A stretch of DNA of 64,000 nt from an uncultured Planctomycetales bacterium (GTDB taxonomy: Bacteria > Planctomycetota > Phycisphaerae > UBA1845 > PWPN01): contig CAZZFA010000013.1 in assembly GCA_964653435.1 (NCBI GenBank), positions 7,407-71,406 of the forward strand. The letters are read 5' to 3'. Below the pieces are notes generated by a model that was given only the letters and a program-made list of their open reading frames with translations, searched no databases and was not told the DNA's origin. A program made the position numbers and the translations under genes. Positions 1-8,660 of this stretch are shown here, in pieces. The first letter of the stretch is position 1. Every line of letters starts with the position of its first letter.

Positions 1-1218
1 GTTTTCGCCCAGCTCAAGCTTCTGGCGGAGGTGGAGAGCCGCTTCGGCCTGGCGCCGGCCGTGCCGCTGGCGTATCACTTCGGTCCCGTTCCGGGTGGGC
101 CGGCTTGCGGCGCGTGGCCCGCGGCAGGCGATTCGCACGCGGGCCGATGGGGCGTAATCGTGCTCGCGGCCACGGGGGGCATGCCGTACACGGCTCAGCC
201 GGGCGTGATACCGTTTGAGTGCGTCTTGTGCGGGCCGCGTGCCGCGGAGATGTTCGCGTTTGTCGTGCAGGCGATCGATGCGGAGGGGGCTCGACTCCGC
301 AACGAATGCGGCACGGGGGCGGCTCCGGCGGGGAAATGGCTCGCGGCAACACAGACGAACCACGGGATGCTCGGATGCTACGGGGTGGATCCGGCCGTGG
401 CCTGCGACCATCTTGCCGTCCGGGTGCGGATCCGGGCGAATGCCAATCCCGATCGGATCGCGATGCGGATGACGGAGGTGCTCGACGCTACGCTTTTCGA
501 GTACCTGCGGCACCGATCGGACCTGACGAAGGAAGTGGATCCGGTGCTCGGGGAGCCGAAGCTCAAGCGGCATTACGCGATGACCTTCGAGCCGGCCGTC
601 GATGCGCTGGTATACCGCATCGACGTGTTCGGGCGGTCTGCGCCGGTGGGGGCGTCGCAGGACGCAGACAGCGCGATTTCCAAAGCGGCCTTCATGTTCG
701 GCGCGCTGCAGCAGATCCATCGCAACTTCCCCAACGTGCGGGCGGATGCTGCCCTGGCCGATCCGCCCGCCGGCGGTCCGGGCGGCGACCTGATCCTTCG
801 CGGGGTTCAGACCTTCGGCGCATGCCACGAGGCGGAGGCGGTGCGAGACCGTCTTCGCGCGGCGGCGCAGAGCGGGGCGGATACGTGGCGCCGGCTTCGC
901 GGGGAGGGGGCCGCTGATACGTCCGTGACGGTGCGTTTTCCGGAACCGGAGCGGAGGCCCGTCGAGGCCGGCGGCCCAAACGCCGTCTCCGAGGCGTTTG
1001 CCTCGGCCCTGGCGCTGGCATCGCTGCCGTCGCCGAGCGGGGCGGCCTGGCCCGGGCTTTCCTGTGCCGACCGGGTCGCGGCGGCCGGCTGCCCGGTGGC
1101 GATCTTCGGCCCGGGCCGGCTTGAGCGGCACGGCGCGGCGTGCGAATACATCGAGATTCCCGAGATTCAGCAGAGCCTCATCGTCGCGACGCTCGCCGCG
1201 CTGGCGTATACGCCGTGA
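1..1218 (+). CDS. M20/M25/M40 (ArgE/DapE-like) peptidase-fold protein, 5'-truncated by the window edge; metal ligands appear degenerate
   Basis: Frame 1 is open from base 1 (VFAQLKLLAEVESRF...). C-terminal FGPGRLERHGAACEYIEIPEI resembles the M20 GPG...AH..DE motif. VIVLAATGGMPYTAQPG aligns with the M20 xxxEPT...G segment. Confidence 0.55.
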   Translation, partial: VFAQLKLLAEVESRFGLAPAVPLAYHFGPVPGGPACGAWPAAGDSHAGRWGVIVLAATGGMPYTAQPGVIPFECVLCGPRAAEMFAFVVQAIDAEGARLRNECGTGAAPAGKWLAATQTNHGMLGCYGVDPAVACDHLAVRVRIRANANPDRIAMRMTEVLDATLFEYLRHRSDLTKEVDPVLGEPKLKRHYAMTFEPAVDALVYRIDVFGRSAPVGASQDADSAISKAAFMFGALQQIHRNFPNVRADAALADPPAGGPGGDLILRGVQTFGACHEAEAVRDRLRAAAQSGADTWRRLRGEGAADTSVTVRFPEPERRPVEAGGPNAVSEAFASALALASLPSPSGAAWPGLSCADRVAAAGCPVAIFGPGRLERHGAACEYIEIPEIQQSLIVATLAALAYTP

Positions 1219-1382
1219 CTCGGCAGACGGACGCTTCATCCTGGCGGGTGGCCGCGAGGGGGCCGTTCCGCGAAGTGGTCGTGTCCGTTGTCTTGCTTGC
1301 GGCCGACGGATGCGGGGGGCAACACGGCCCGCGTGTCGCAGCCGCTTGGCCATGCCTGTGCGGCGCGATATAGTGGCGGGCC

Positions 1383-1895
1383 GTGTCAGTGGATCGTGTC
1401 GGCATCGGTTACGATGTGCATCGGCTCGCGCCGAACCGGCGGCTCGTGCTGGCCCATGTGCCGATCGAGTTCGAACGGGGTTCGCTCGGCCACAGCGACG
1501 GCGATGTGGTGCTTCACGCGGTGATCGACGCCCTGCTCGGTGCGGCCGGGCTGCCGGACATCGGCGAGATGTTCCCGGACACGGACGCGCGATTCAAGGA
1601 TGCCGACAGCGGCCGACTGCTGGCGGAGGCGCGGGCGGCGGTGCGCCGGGCGGGCTACGCCCCGGTGAACGTGGACGTGATCGTACACGCGGAGCGGCCG
1701 AAGCTTCGGCCGTACAAGCCGCGGATGCGGGCGGAGCTGGCGCGGCTGCTGGACATCGAGGCGGTGTGTGTAAGTGTGAAGGCCAAGACGGGCGAGGGCG
1801 TCGGGCCGATCGGGACCGGCGAGGCCATCGCCTGTACCGCCGTGGCGGGGTTGCGGCGCGTGACGGACGTGCGGGATGAGGAACGAACCGGGTAA
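1383..1895 (+). CDS. ispF: 2-C-methyl-D-erythritol 2,4-cyclodiphosphate synthase
   Basis: RVGIGYDVHRL, GHSDGDVVLHAVIDALLGAAGLPDIGEMFPDTD and VSVKAKTGE are IspF signature motifs. Confidence 0.97.
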   Translation: MSVDRVGIGYDVHRLAPNRRLVLAHVPIEFERGSLGHSDGDVVLHAVIDALLGAAGLPDIGEMFPDTDARFKDADSGRLLAEARAAVRRAGYAPVNVDVIVHAERPKLRPYKPRMRAELARLLDIEAVCVSVKAKTGEGVGPIGTGEAIACTAVAGLRRVTDVRDEERTG

Positions 1896-1915
1896 GGGCA
1901 GGATACGCTGACATC

Positions 1916-3412
1916 ATGCCTCTGCGAGTGTACAACACGTTGACGCGACAGGAAGAGGAGTTTCAACCGCTCGATCCGCCGCACGTCGGCATGTACGTCT
2001 GCGGACCGACGGTGTACGGGCATCCGCATCTCGGCCATGCCAAGAGCTACGTCAGCTTCGACGTGATCCTGCGCTACCTGCGTTACCGGGGCTATGACGT
2101 CCTGTATGTGCAGAACATCACCGACGTCGGCCATCTGACGGAAGATACGCACGGCATGGCGGACGAGGGCGAGGACAAGATCGTCCGCGAGGCCCGGCGT
2201 CAGAAGCGGCACCCGATGGCGATCGTCGAGTTCTACACCCGGAGCTACTTCGAGGACATGGACGCGCTGCACGTCACCCGGCCGGATATCTCTCCGCGGG
2301 CGACGGGGCACATCCCGGAGCAGATCGAGCTTGTTCAGCGGTTGCTGGAGCGCGGCTACGCGTACGAATCGAACGGCAGCGTCTACTTCGACGTGACGAA
2401 GTGGAAGGACTACGGCAAGCTGAGCCGGCGCAACGTGGAGGAGATGGAGGCGGGCGCCCGCGTCGATGTCAGCGCCGACAAGCGGCACCCGGCCGACTTC
2501 GCCCTGTGGAAGAAGGCCGAGCCCGCCCACATCATGCAGTGGAACAGCCCCTGGGGTCGCGGGTTTCCCGGCTGGCACCTCGAGTGCTCCGTGATGAGCA
2601 TGAAGTATCTGGGGACCTCGTTCGACATTCACGGCGGCGGCCTGGAGAACTCGTTTCCGCACCACGAGTGCGAGATCGCCCAGGCGGAGGCGGCGACCGG
2701 TCGCCCGTTTGTGAAGTACTGGCTTCACAACAACATGGTCACGGTCGAAGGCCAGAAGATGGGCAAGAGTCTCGGCAACTTCATTACGCTCAAGGAGCTT
2801 TTCGCCCCCGACTACCCGTTGCACAGGCGGCTGCAGAAGAAGTTCGACCCGCTTGTGGTGCGGCAGTTCGTGCTGACCAGCCACTACCGCAGCCCGCAGG
2901 ATTTCTCGAACGAGGCGCTCCTTGCCGCCGAGAGCGGATTCGAGAAACTGCGCACGGCCGTCACAACGGCGCGCGAGGCGGCCCGCGGCGCCGACGAGCC
3001 GAAGGCCGAGGGGGCGGTGGCGTCGCGGCTTGCGGACATCCGCGCGCGGTTCGAGAAGGCGATGGACGAGGACTTCAACACGGCGGCGGCGATCAGCGTT
3101 GTGTTCGAGCTGGCGCGCGACGTGAGCGCGTGGCAGACGGCCGGGCTGTCGCCGGCCGCGTGGCGGGCGGTGGCCGGGACGTTCGACCGGCTGGGCGGCG
3201 ATGTGCTGGGAATCGTGCCGAAGCGGTATCCGCAGGACGCGGGCCCCTCGAAGGATCTGCTCGAGCCGGTCGTGCGGTTGTGTATCGAGATGCGGGCGGA
3301 GGCGAAGAAGGCGAGGAATTACGCGCTGGCCGACCAGATCCGCGCGAAGCTGCTGGCGGCCGGGATCCAACTGGAAGACCGTCCCGACGGAACGAACTGG
3401 CGGCGCGTGTGA
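1916..3412 (+). CDS. cysS: Cysteine--tRNA ligase
   Basis: MYVCGPTVY, HLGH (HIGH motif), GFPGWHLECS, DIHGGG, FPHHECE and KMGKSLGN (KMSKS motif). Confidence 0.98.
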   Translation: MPLRVYNTLTRQEEEFQPLDPPHVGMYVCGPTVYGHPHLGHAKSYVSFDVILRYLRYRGYDVLYVQNITDVGHLTEDTHGMADEGEDKIVREARRQKRHPMAIVEFYTRSYFEDMDALHVTRPDISPRATGHIPEQIELVQRLLERGYAYESNGSVYFDVTKWKDYGKLSRRNVEEMEAGARVDVSADKRHPADFALWKKAEPAHIMQWNSPWGRGFPGWHLECSVMSMKYLGTSFDIHGGGLENSFPHHECEIAQAEAATGRPFVKYWLHNNMVTVEGQKMGKSLGNFITLKELFAPDYPLHRRLQKKFDPLVVRQFVLTSHYRSPQDFSNEALLAAESGFEKLRTAVTTAREAARGADEPKAEGAVASRLADIRARFEKAMDEDFNTAAAISVVFELARDVSAWQTAGLSPAAWRAVAGTFDRLGGDVLGIVPKRYPQDAGPSKDLLEPVVRLCIEMRAEAKKARNYALADQIRAKLLAAGIQLEDRPDGTNWRRV

Positions 3413-3487
3413 TGCGGAGCGCGGCCTCCGCGAGGCCGCACGCGCGGTCTCGGAGAGACTGCACTCCAGAGAAGGCACGGATGCGAT

Positions 3488-4012
3488 ATGGGAAAGCAGC
3501 GCCTCGTACCGCGGTTTACCCGCATCTGCGGCATCGACCCCGGCCTCGGGCGGACCGGCTACGGCATCGTGGAGCTCACGCACGCCGAGCCGCGCGTGAT
3601 CGAGGCGGGCGTACTCCGGCCGGGCGCCGCGGACCGGACCCTTGCCGCCCGGTTGGCGGCCCTGGCCGCGGGCCTCGACGAATTACTCGAAGAGCATCGG
3701 CCCGAGGCGCTGGCCGTCGAGCAGCTCTATGCGCACTACAAACACCCTCGGACGGCGATCTTGATGGGCCACGCCCGGGGCGTCATCCTGTTGACGGCGG
3801 CCCGGCGAGGACTGCCGGTGCTCGATCTGCCGGCCACGACGGTCAAGCGGTATCTGACGGGTTCCGGCCACGCGAGCAAGCCGCAGATGCAGAAGATGAT
3901 TGCTCATGTGTTGAAGCTCGGCGCTGTTCCCCGGCCGCCGGACGTGGCCGACGCCCTGTCCATCGCGATTTGCGCGCTCCACCGGCAGCGTACGGAGGGC
4001 GGTCGAGCATGA
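3488..4012 (+). CDS. ruvC: Holliday junction resolvase RuvC
   Basis: GIDPGLGRTGYG, LAVEQ, GHARGV, KRYLTGSGHASKPQM and DVADALSIA motifs; lies upstream of ruvA and ruvB. Confidence 0.96.
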   Translation: MGKQRLVPRFTRICGIDPGLGRTGYGIVELTHAEPRVIEAGVLRPGAADRTLAARLAALAAGLDELLEEHRPEALAVEQLYAHYKHPRTAILMGHARGVILLTAARRGLPVLDLPATTVKRYLTGSGHASKPQMQKMIAHVLKLGAVPRPPDVADALSIAICALHRQRTEGGRA

Positions 4013-4641
4013 TCGCGCGAATGACCGGTATCGTGGCGGACGTCGGCGTGGGAACGATGATTCTCGAGCGCGACGGGATCGGCTACGAGATCCTCGTGCC
4101 GGGCTACGCGGTCGGCGAGTTGATCGCGTGCAAGGGCCAGGCGGTCACGCTGCACACGATGGAGTACTACGAGGGCTCCGCCGCCGGCGGCAACCTTATC
4201 CCGCGAATCGTCGGCTTTCTGCACCCGGAGGACCGGGCGTTCTTCGAGCGCTTCATCACGGTCAAGGGCATCGGCGTGCGGAAGGCGATCAAGGCGCTCG
4301 CCGAGCCGGTGGCGAAGGTGGCCGCGGACATCGAGCAGGGCAATGCGCCCTCGCTGGCACGCCTGCCGGGGATCGGGAAGCGCGCCGCCGATCAGATCAT
4401 CGCCGAGCTTCGCGGCAAGCTGGCGGAGTTCGCGATCGGCGCGGCGAGCCGGGAGGGCGTGCCGGAGCACCGTTGGACGGCGGAACAGCGTGATGCGCTG
4501 GAGGTTCTCGTGGCGCTCGGCGAGCGACGGGTCGAGGCGGAGCGGTGGCTCGCGCGGGCGGCGCAACTGCACCCGGAGACCAGGCCCGCGGATGAATGGA
4601 TCGCCGCGGCGTACCGGGTGAAGACCGGGGCGGAGGGATAG
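4009..4641 (+). CDS. ruvA: Holliday junction branch migration protein RuvA
   Basis: ATG at 4009 overlaps the ruvC stop (ATGA). MIARMTG...GIGYEI, ITVKGIGVRKA and LPGIGKRAADQIIAELRGK (HhH motifs). Confidence 0.95.
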   Translation: MIARMTGIVADVGVGTMILERDGIGYEILVPGYAVGELIACKGQAVTLHTMEYYEGSAAGGNLIPRIVGFLHPEDRAFFERFITVKGIGVRKAIKALAEPVAKVAADIEQGNAPSLARLPGIGKRAADQIIAELRGKLAEFAIGAASREGVPEHRWTAEQRDALEVLVALGERRVEAERWLARAAQLHPETRPADEWIAAAYRVKTGAEG

Positions 4642-4705
4642 AGCTTGCGTCGCGGCTTTTGCGCGCCCTGCGCGCATGTATCGCGATTTGGCAGTAGCGC
4701 TACCC

Positions 4706-4780
4706 GTCATTCTGAGGAGCGCAGCGACGAAGAATCTGGCTGAGTGGCGCAGAGAAGCCGGATGCTTCGCTCCGCATGAC
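4706..4780. repeat. REP/MITE-like palindromic element (GTCATTCTGAG...GAATCT / GGATGCTTCGCTCC..CATGAC type), degenerate right arm
   Basis: GTCATTCTGAGGAGCGCAGCGACGAAGAATCT at 4706-4737 and GGATGCTTCGCTCCGCATGAC at 4760-4780. The ends GTCAT/ATGAC and the internal CGAAG/CTTCG are complementary. Confidence 0.65.
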
Positions 4781-4920
4781 GGGGGCCGGCTCGCCGGTGT
4801 TCGGTTGCGGCCGAAGGCCGCCCTGGCGCCTCGGGTCCGCGGCGCGTCGCCCGGGCCGTCCGGATCGCGACGGACGGGCGAGAGCGGCAGGCGAAGCGGA
4901 GGCGACGGCGGAAACGAAAT

Positions 4921-5979
4921 ATGGCACGAGACCGGATCATCTCGCAGGAATCCCGCGGCACGGAGGAAGAGCAGCTCATTCAGTCGCTGCGTCCGACGCG
5001 GCTGGGCGAATGCGTCGGTCAGCGACAGGTTATCGAACAGCTCAGGATCGCGATGGAGGCCGCGAGGCGTCGCGGGGAGCCGCTCGAGCACGTGTTGCTC
5101 GACGGTCCGCCGGGGCTGGGCAAGACGACGCTCGCCCATGTCATCGCCAACGAGATGGGCGCATCGATCAAGATCACCAGCGGCCCGGCCCTCACCAAAC
5201 CCGGCGACCTGATGCCCTGGCTGACGAACATGGAGCGCGGCGACATCCTCTTCATCGACGAGGTGCACCGCCTCTCGCGCACGATCGAGGAGTTTCTCTA
5301 CCCGGCGATGGAGGATTTCCGCGTCGATTTCGCCATCGAGAGCGGCATGGCCGGACGGACGGTGAATCTGCCGCTCAAGCAGTTCACGCTGATCGGGGCC
5401 ACGACCCGCGCGGGGCTGCTCACGGCGGCGCTGCGCGACCGCTTCGGCATCCAGTACCATTTCGACTTCTATTCCGTCGAGGACCTGACGGAAATCCTGC
5501 GGCGCTCGGCACGGAAGCTCGATGTGAAAACCGACGACGGCGCGCTCGTCACGCTGGCGCGTCGATCCCGGGGCACGCCGCGGGTGGCCAACCGGCTGCT
5601 CCGTCGGACACGCGATTATGCCCAGGTTCGCGCGCGCGGCGAGTTATCCTCCGCCGTGGTCGAGAAGGCCCTGGAGATTCTGCAGGTGGACGCCCTCGGC
5701 CTCGACGAGCTGGACCGTGCGTATCTGCGGACGCTGATCGGTACCTACCGGGGCGGTCCGGCGGGTGTCGAGGCGCTGGCCGCGACGCTCGGCCAGGAGC
5801 GCGACACGCTTGAAGATGTCGTCGAGCCCTACCTGCTGCAGATCGGCTTTGTGATCCGCACCCGTCAGGGCCGCATGACGACCCGTGCGGCCTGCGAGCA
5901 CCTGGGCCTCCCGTGTCCGGAGACGCCCGATCGGAGCGTCGCGGCAGACCAGCCGGGCCTCTTCGATGCCGGGTCCTGA
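4921..5979 (+). CDS. ruvB: Holliday junction branch migration DNA helicase RuvB
   Basis: SLRPTRLGECVGQ, GPPGLGKTTLA (Walker A), ILFIDEVH (Walker B), GATTRAG, RSRGTPRVANRLL and EPYLLQ. Confidence 0.98.
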   Translation: MARDRIISQESRGTEEEQLIQSLRPTRLGECVGQRQVIEQLRIAMEAARRRGEPLEHVLLDGPPGLGKTTLAHVIANEMGASIKITSGPALTKPGDLMPWLTNMERGDILFIDEVHRLSRTIEEFLYPAMEDFRVDFAIESGMAGRTVNLPLKQFTLIGATTRAGLLTAALRDRFGIQYHFDFYSVEDLTEILRRSARKLDVKTDDGALVTLARRSRGTPRVANRLLRRTRDYAQVRARGELSSAVVEKALEILQVDALGLDELDRAYLRTLIGTYRGGPAGVEALAATLGQERDTLEDVVEPYLLQIGFVIRTRQGRMTTRAACEHLGLPCPETPDRSVAADQPGLFDAGS

Positions 5980-6116
5980 CGCCGGCGGGCACGCGTGCTC
6001 CCGCTGTGTCGGCAGTGCCGTTTGCCCGTGCCGCCTCCGCCGCGCAGATGACGGGTTGTCGGGCCGCGTCGTCCGCCTTACGATGCCGTTCGGCTTTTCG
6101 CAACGGAGGAGTTGCC

Positions 6117-7010
6117 ATGTCTGACCGATCTCGGGATTCGAGGCCGACGCGCCGTGAATGTCTGATCGGGGCGGCATCTGCCGCCGCCGGTCTGGCGCTG
6201 GGCGTGAACGTCCGGCGGGCGGCGGCCGCTGCCGCTTCGGCCGGCATCAAGGTCGGTATGTGCGACTGGTCCTTGCAGCACCGCGACGTGAGCGCCTTTG
6301 AATGGGCCAGGCGGATCGGATTGGACGGCGTGGAGGTGAGCGTCGGCTACCCGGCCGACAAGCTGCGGCTGCGGCAGCCGGCCGTGCAGAAGGAATACCT
6401 CGCGGCGGCCCGCCGGTACGGCGTGGCGATTCCATCGGTGGCGATGGGCGTGTTGAACGAGGTGCCGCTGATGTCCGAGCCGCGCGCGGCGGTCTGGCTG
6501 GCTGATACGATCGAGGTGGCGAGGAACCTGGGCGCCCGCTGCATCCTGGTCGCGTTCTTCGGTAAGGGCGAGCTGAAAGAGGAGAACGGCACGGACATGC
6601 AGCGGGTGATCGACGTTCTCGCCGAACTTGCGCCGCGGGCCGAAAAAGCGGGCGTGATCCTCGGCCTGGAAAGCTATCTGACAGCCGAGGCGAACCGGAA
6701 GATCATCGACGCGGTGAACTCCCGCGCGGTCCAGGTCTACTACGATGTCTACAATGCCAACCACGTTGGCCACGACTACTTGAAGGAGATCAGACAGCTC
6801 GGCGGCGACCGCATCTGCCAGGTGCACTTCAAGAACGGCCCACACCTGCTCGAGCATCCCGGCATCGACTGGCCCGCCGTCGTCGCCGCGCTCAAGGAGG
6901 TCAAATACCCAGGCTGGATCGTCCTGGAGACATCAAGCCCGAAGGATCTGATCGCGGATACGCAGGCGAACCTGGAGTATGTGCGAAAGCTCTTCGGCGC
7001 GGGGTCTTAA
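6117..7010 (+). CDS. Tat-exported sugar phosphate isomerase/epimerase (xylose-isomerase-like TIM barrel)
   Basis: GGAGGAG RBS before ATG 6117; TRRECL twin-arginine signal; GVILGLES, VYYDVYN, QVHFKN and WIVLET metal-ligand pattern. Confidence 0.85.
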   Translation: MSDRSRDSRPTRRECLIGAASAAAGLALGVNVRRAAAAAASAGIKVGMCDWSLQHRDVSAFEWARRIGLDGVEVSVGYPADKLRLRQPAVQKEYLAAARRYGVAIPSVAMGVLNEVPLMSEPRAAVWLADTIEVARNLGARCILVAFFGKGELKEENGTDMQRVIDVLAELAPRAEKAGVILGLESYLTAEANRKIIDAVNSRAVQVYYDVYNANHVGHDYLKEIRQLGGDRICQVHFKNGPHLLEHPGIDWPAVVAALKEVKYPGWIVLETSSPKDLIADTQANLEYVRKLFGAGS

Positions 7011-7205
7011 GGGAAAGGCCGCTTCCCCGGCCGTCACGGCGGCGTCGTCGCCGGCACAGTCGAAAGCGGTTGCCGCGGCCGGGTGAGGACGCGGTTGTAG
7101 ATCGTACGCTCTACTGCGCCAAAGCCCCTTTGCTCTCCCGGCTCGCGACGGGGCCGCACGTCCGCCTCGGGGCAGCCGCCGACATGGGGTCGGTCGTAAT
7201 TCTCT

Positions 7206-8497
7206 CAGGGCCGGCGCACATTAAGCTCCTTGTTTGGTAAGGACTTCCAGAAGGAACTCGTTGTTCCATCCGGCGACCTGGCTCTTTCCCTTGATGCTGT
7301 CGGTGGAGGGGTGGCGATTGAGAAGGCTGATGGCGAAGCGACGAAGCCAGGAGAGATTGTTGGCCATGTGACGATTGCGGGTGCGGCTCTGGTCCTCGTC
7401 GAAGGTCACATCGAGGACCCAGTGCAGGCAATTCTCGATGCCCCAATGCCCCCGCACGGCCTGCGCAAACCGCGGCCCGCTGAGATACCGGCTGGTGAGG
7501 AAATAGCGGGTGTCTCCGCTCAGGGTGCCGTCGCGGTTCTCCACGAGGCGAACCGCCATCCCGATCGCCCGGGCCCCCGGCCACGCGTTCGTCCCAGGGA
7601 AATCGCGGGGGATCCTGGCCAACCCATAGTAGCGCTCGTCGCGGCGGCCGTGTCCCGTCTCGCGCGTCTGATGTTCCCAATGCGGACGCTTCCGAAGCTC
7701 GTCCTGACGCTCATCGCGGAACACCTCTTCGATCGCCGCGTAGAGCGTCGGCTGATTGTCCTTGACCGCCAGGACATAATCCCCGCCCCCGTCCACGATC
7801 TTCTGGGCGATGTCCTTCTGGCACCCCATCGCGTCGATGGTCACCACAGCCCCCTGCACGTCGATCCGGTCGAGGAGGGCCGGAATGGCCGTGATCTCGT
7901 TCGATTTTTCCTCCGTCGCCACCTGCCCCAACGCCAGGCCGTGGTCGCCGGCCCAGGCGCTGACCAGATGCAAGGGGCCCAGCCCCTCGCGCTGATCATG
8001 CGAACGACGCAAGGTCTTGCCGTCGATGGCGATCATCCGGGCTCCTTCTTCTTCGTGGATCAGGCTCGCAATCCACGACTGAAAACAGGTCTGAAAGGCT
8101 TCCGGCCGCAGGGTGGAAAGAACCCGGCGAACACAGTCCCGCGACGGAAGACCATGCGGAAGGGTCAGCACGCTCTGGAGCCATTCCTTCTTGGCCCGTG
8201 CCCACCGGGCGATCGCCGTCGGCCCCGAGCAACCCACCATGACCCCACAGACCGCAATGGGAATCACCTCCACCAGCAAATGCCGACGATTGCGGTGATG
8301 CCGAGGGTCCGGCAACGACTCAAAGTGCTTGACGATCGAACGCAAACCGACCGTAACCGCCGCGCGCCTTCGTCATCGATCCGCTCCTTCTGCAAGAACG
8401 CCTCGCCACTCCATGCGGCGAGCTTGCAGGAGCTATAACCGATCAACACCCATCGCGCCAGCCTGCCTATCTTGTCCAGTTATGCGCGCTGGCCCTG
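7206..8497 (-). mobile_element. ISAs1-family insertion sequence (1292 bp)
   Basis: IRs CAGGGCCGGCGCACATT (7206-7222) and reverse complement of 8481-8497 (CAGGGCCAGCGCGCATA), 14/17 identical. Flanks GTAATTCTCT (7196-7205) and GTAATCCTCT (8498-8507) form a 10-bp TSD with one mismatch. Confidence 0.93.
7221..8345 (-). CDS. ISAs1-family DDE transposase
   Basis: HFESLPDPR N-terminus; IAIDGKTLRRS, KSNEITAIP, VTIDAMGCQKDIA, DYVLAVKDNQP and RGHWGIENCLHWVLDVTFDED motifs; D-D-E residues intact. Confidence 0.96.
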   Translation of the reverse strand: MRSIVKHFESLPDPRHHRNRRHLLVEVIPIAVCGVMVGCSGPTAIARWARAKKEWLQSVLTLPHGLPSRDCVRRVLSTLRPEAFQTCFQSWIASLIHEEEGARMIAIDGKTLRRSHDQREGLGPLHLVSAWAGDHGLALGQVATEEKSNEITAIPALLDRIDVQGAVVTIDAMGCQKDIAQKIVDGGGDYVLAVKDNQPTLYAAIEEVFRDERQDELRKRPHWEHQTRETGHGRRDERYYGLARIPRDFPGTNAWPGARAIGMAVRLVENRDGTLSGDTRYFLTSRYLSGPRFAQAVRGHWGIENCLHWVLDVTFDEDQSRTRNRHMANNLSWLRRFAISLLNRHPSTDSIKGKSQVAGWNNEFLLEVLTKQGA

Positions 8498-8560
8498 GTA
8501 ATCCTCTCGACCGAAACGGATTACGAAATAGCTCGCAACGGCAAGAAAAGGGAATTCTGC

Positions 8561-8589
8561 TTGCTTTTCTGAAAGAACGGCTGTAAACT
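8561..8589 (+). promoter_or_regulatory. Putative sigma70 promoter of the RCC1-repeat gene
   Basis: TTGCTT (8561-8566), 17-nt spacer, TAAACT (8584-8589) in an AT-rich patch. Confidence 0.55.
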
Positions 8590-8660
8590 GTCGGCATATG
8601 GAACTGCTCTGGTGCGGGCAGTCGCGCGTTGATTAATCCAGCCATGTGAGGAACGACCGT

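Noticed and set aside
1655-3583. 642-aa minus-strand ORF, and similar long antisense ORFs (7230-8438, 19366-21540, 42576-44453, 45212-47023, 49250-50260)
   Set aside because: They mirror well-supported genes on the opposite strand, have no recognisable motifs and are expected from high-GC codon bias.
2401-4008. N-terminal 536 aa of the 746-aa ORF ending at 4641
   Set aside because: It overlaps cysS and ruvC in another frame; only the part from ATG 4009 is RuvA.
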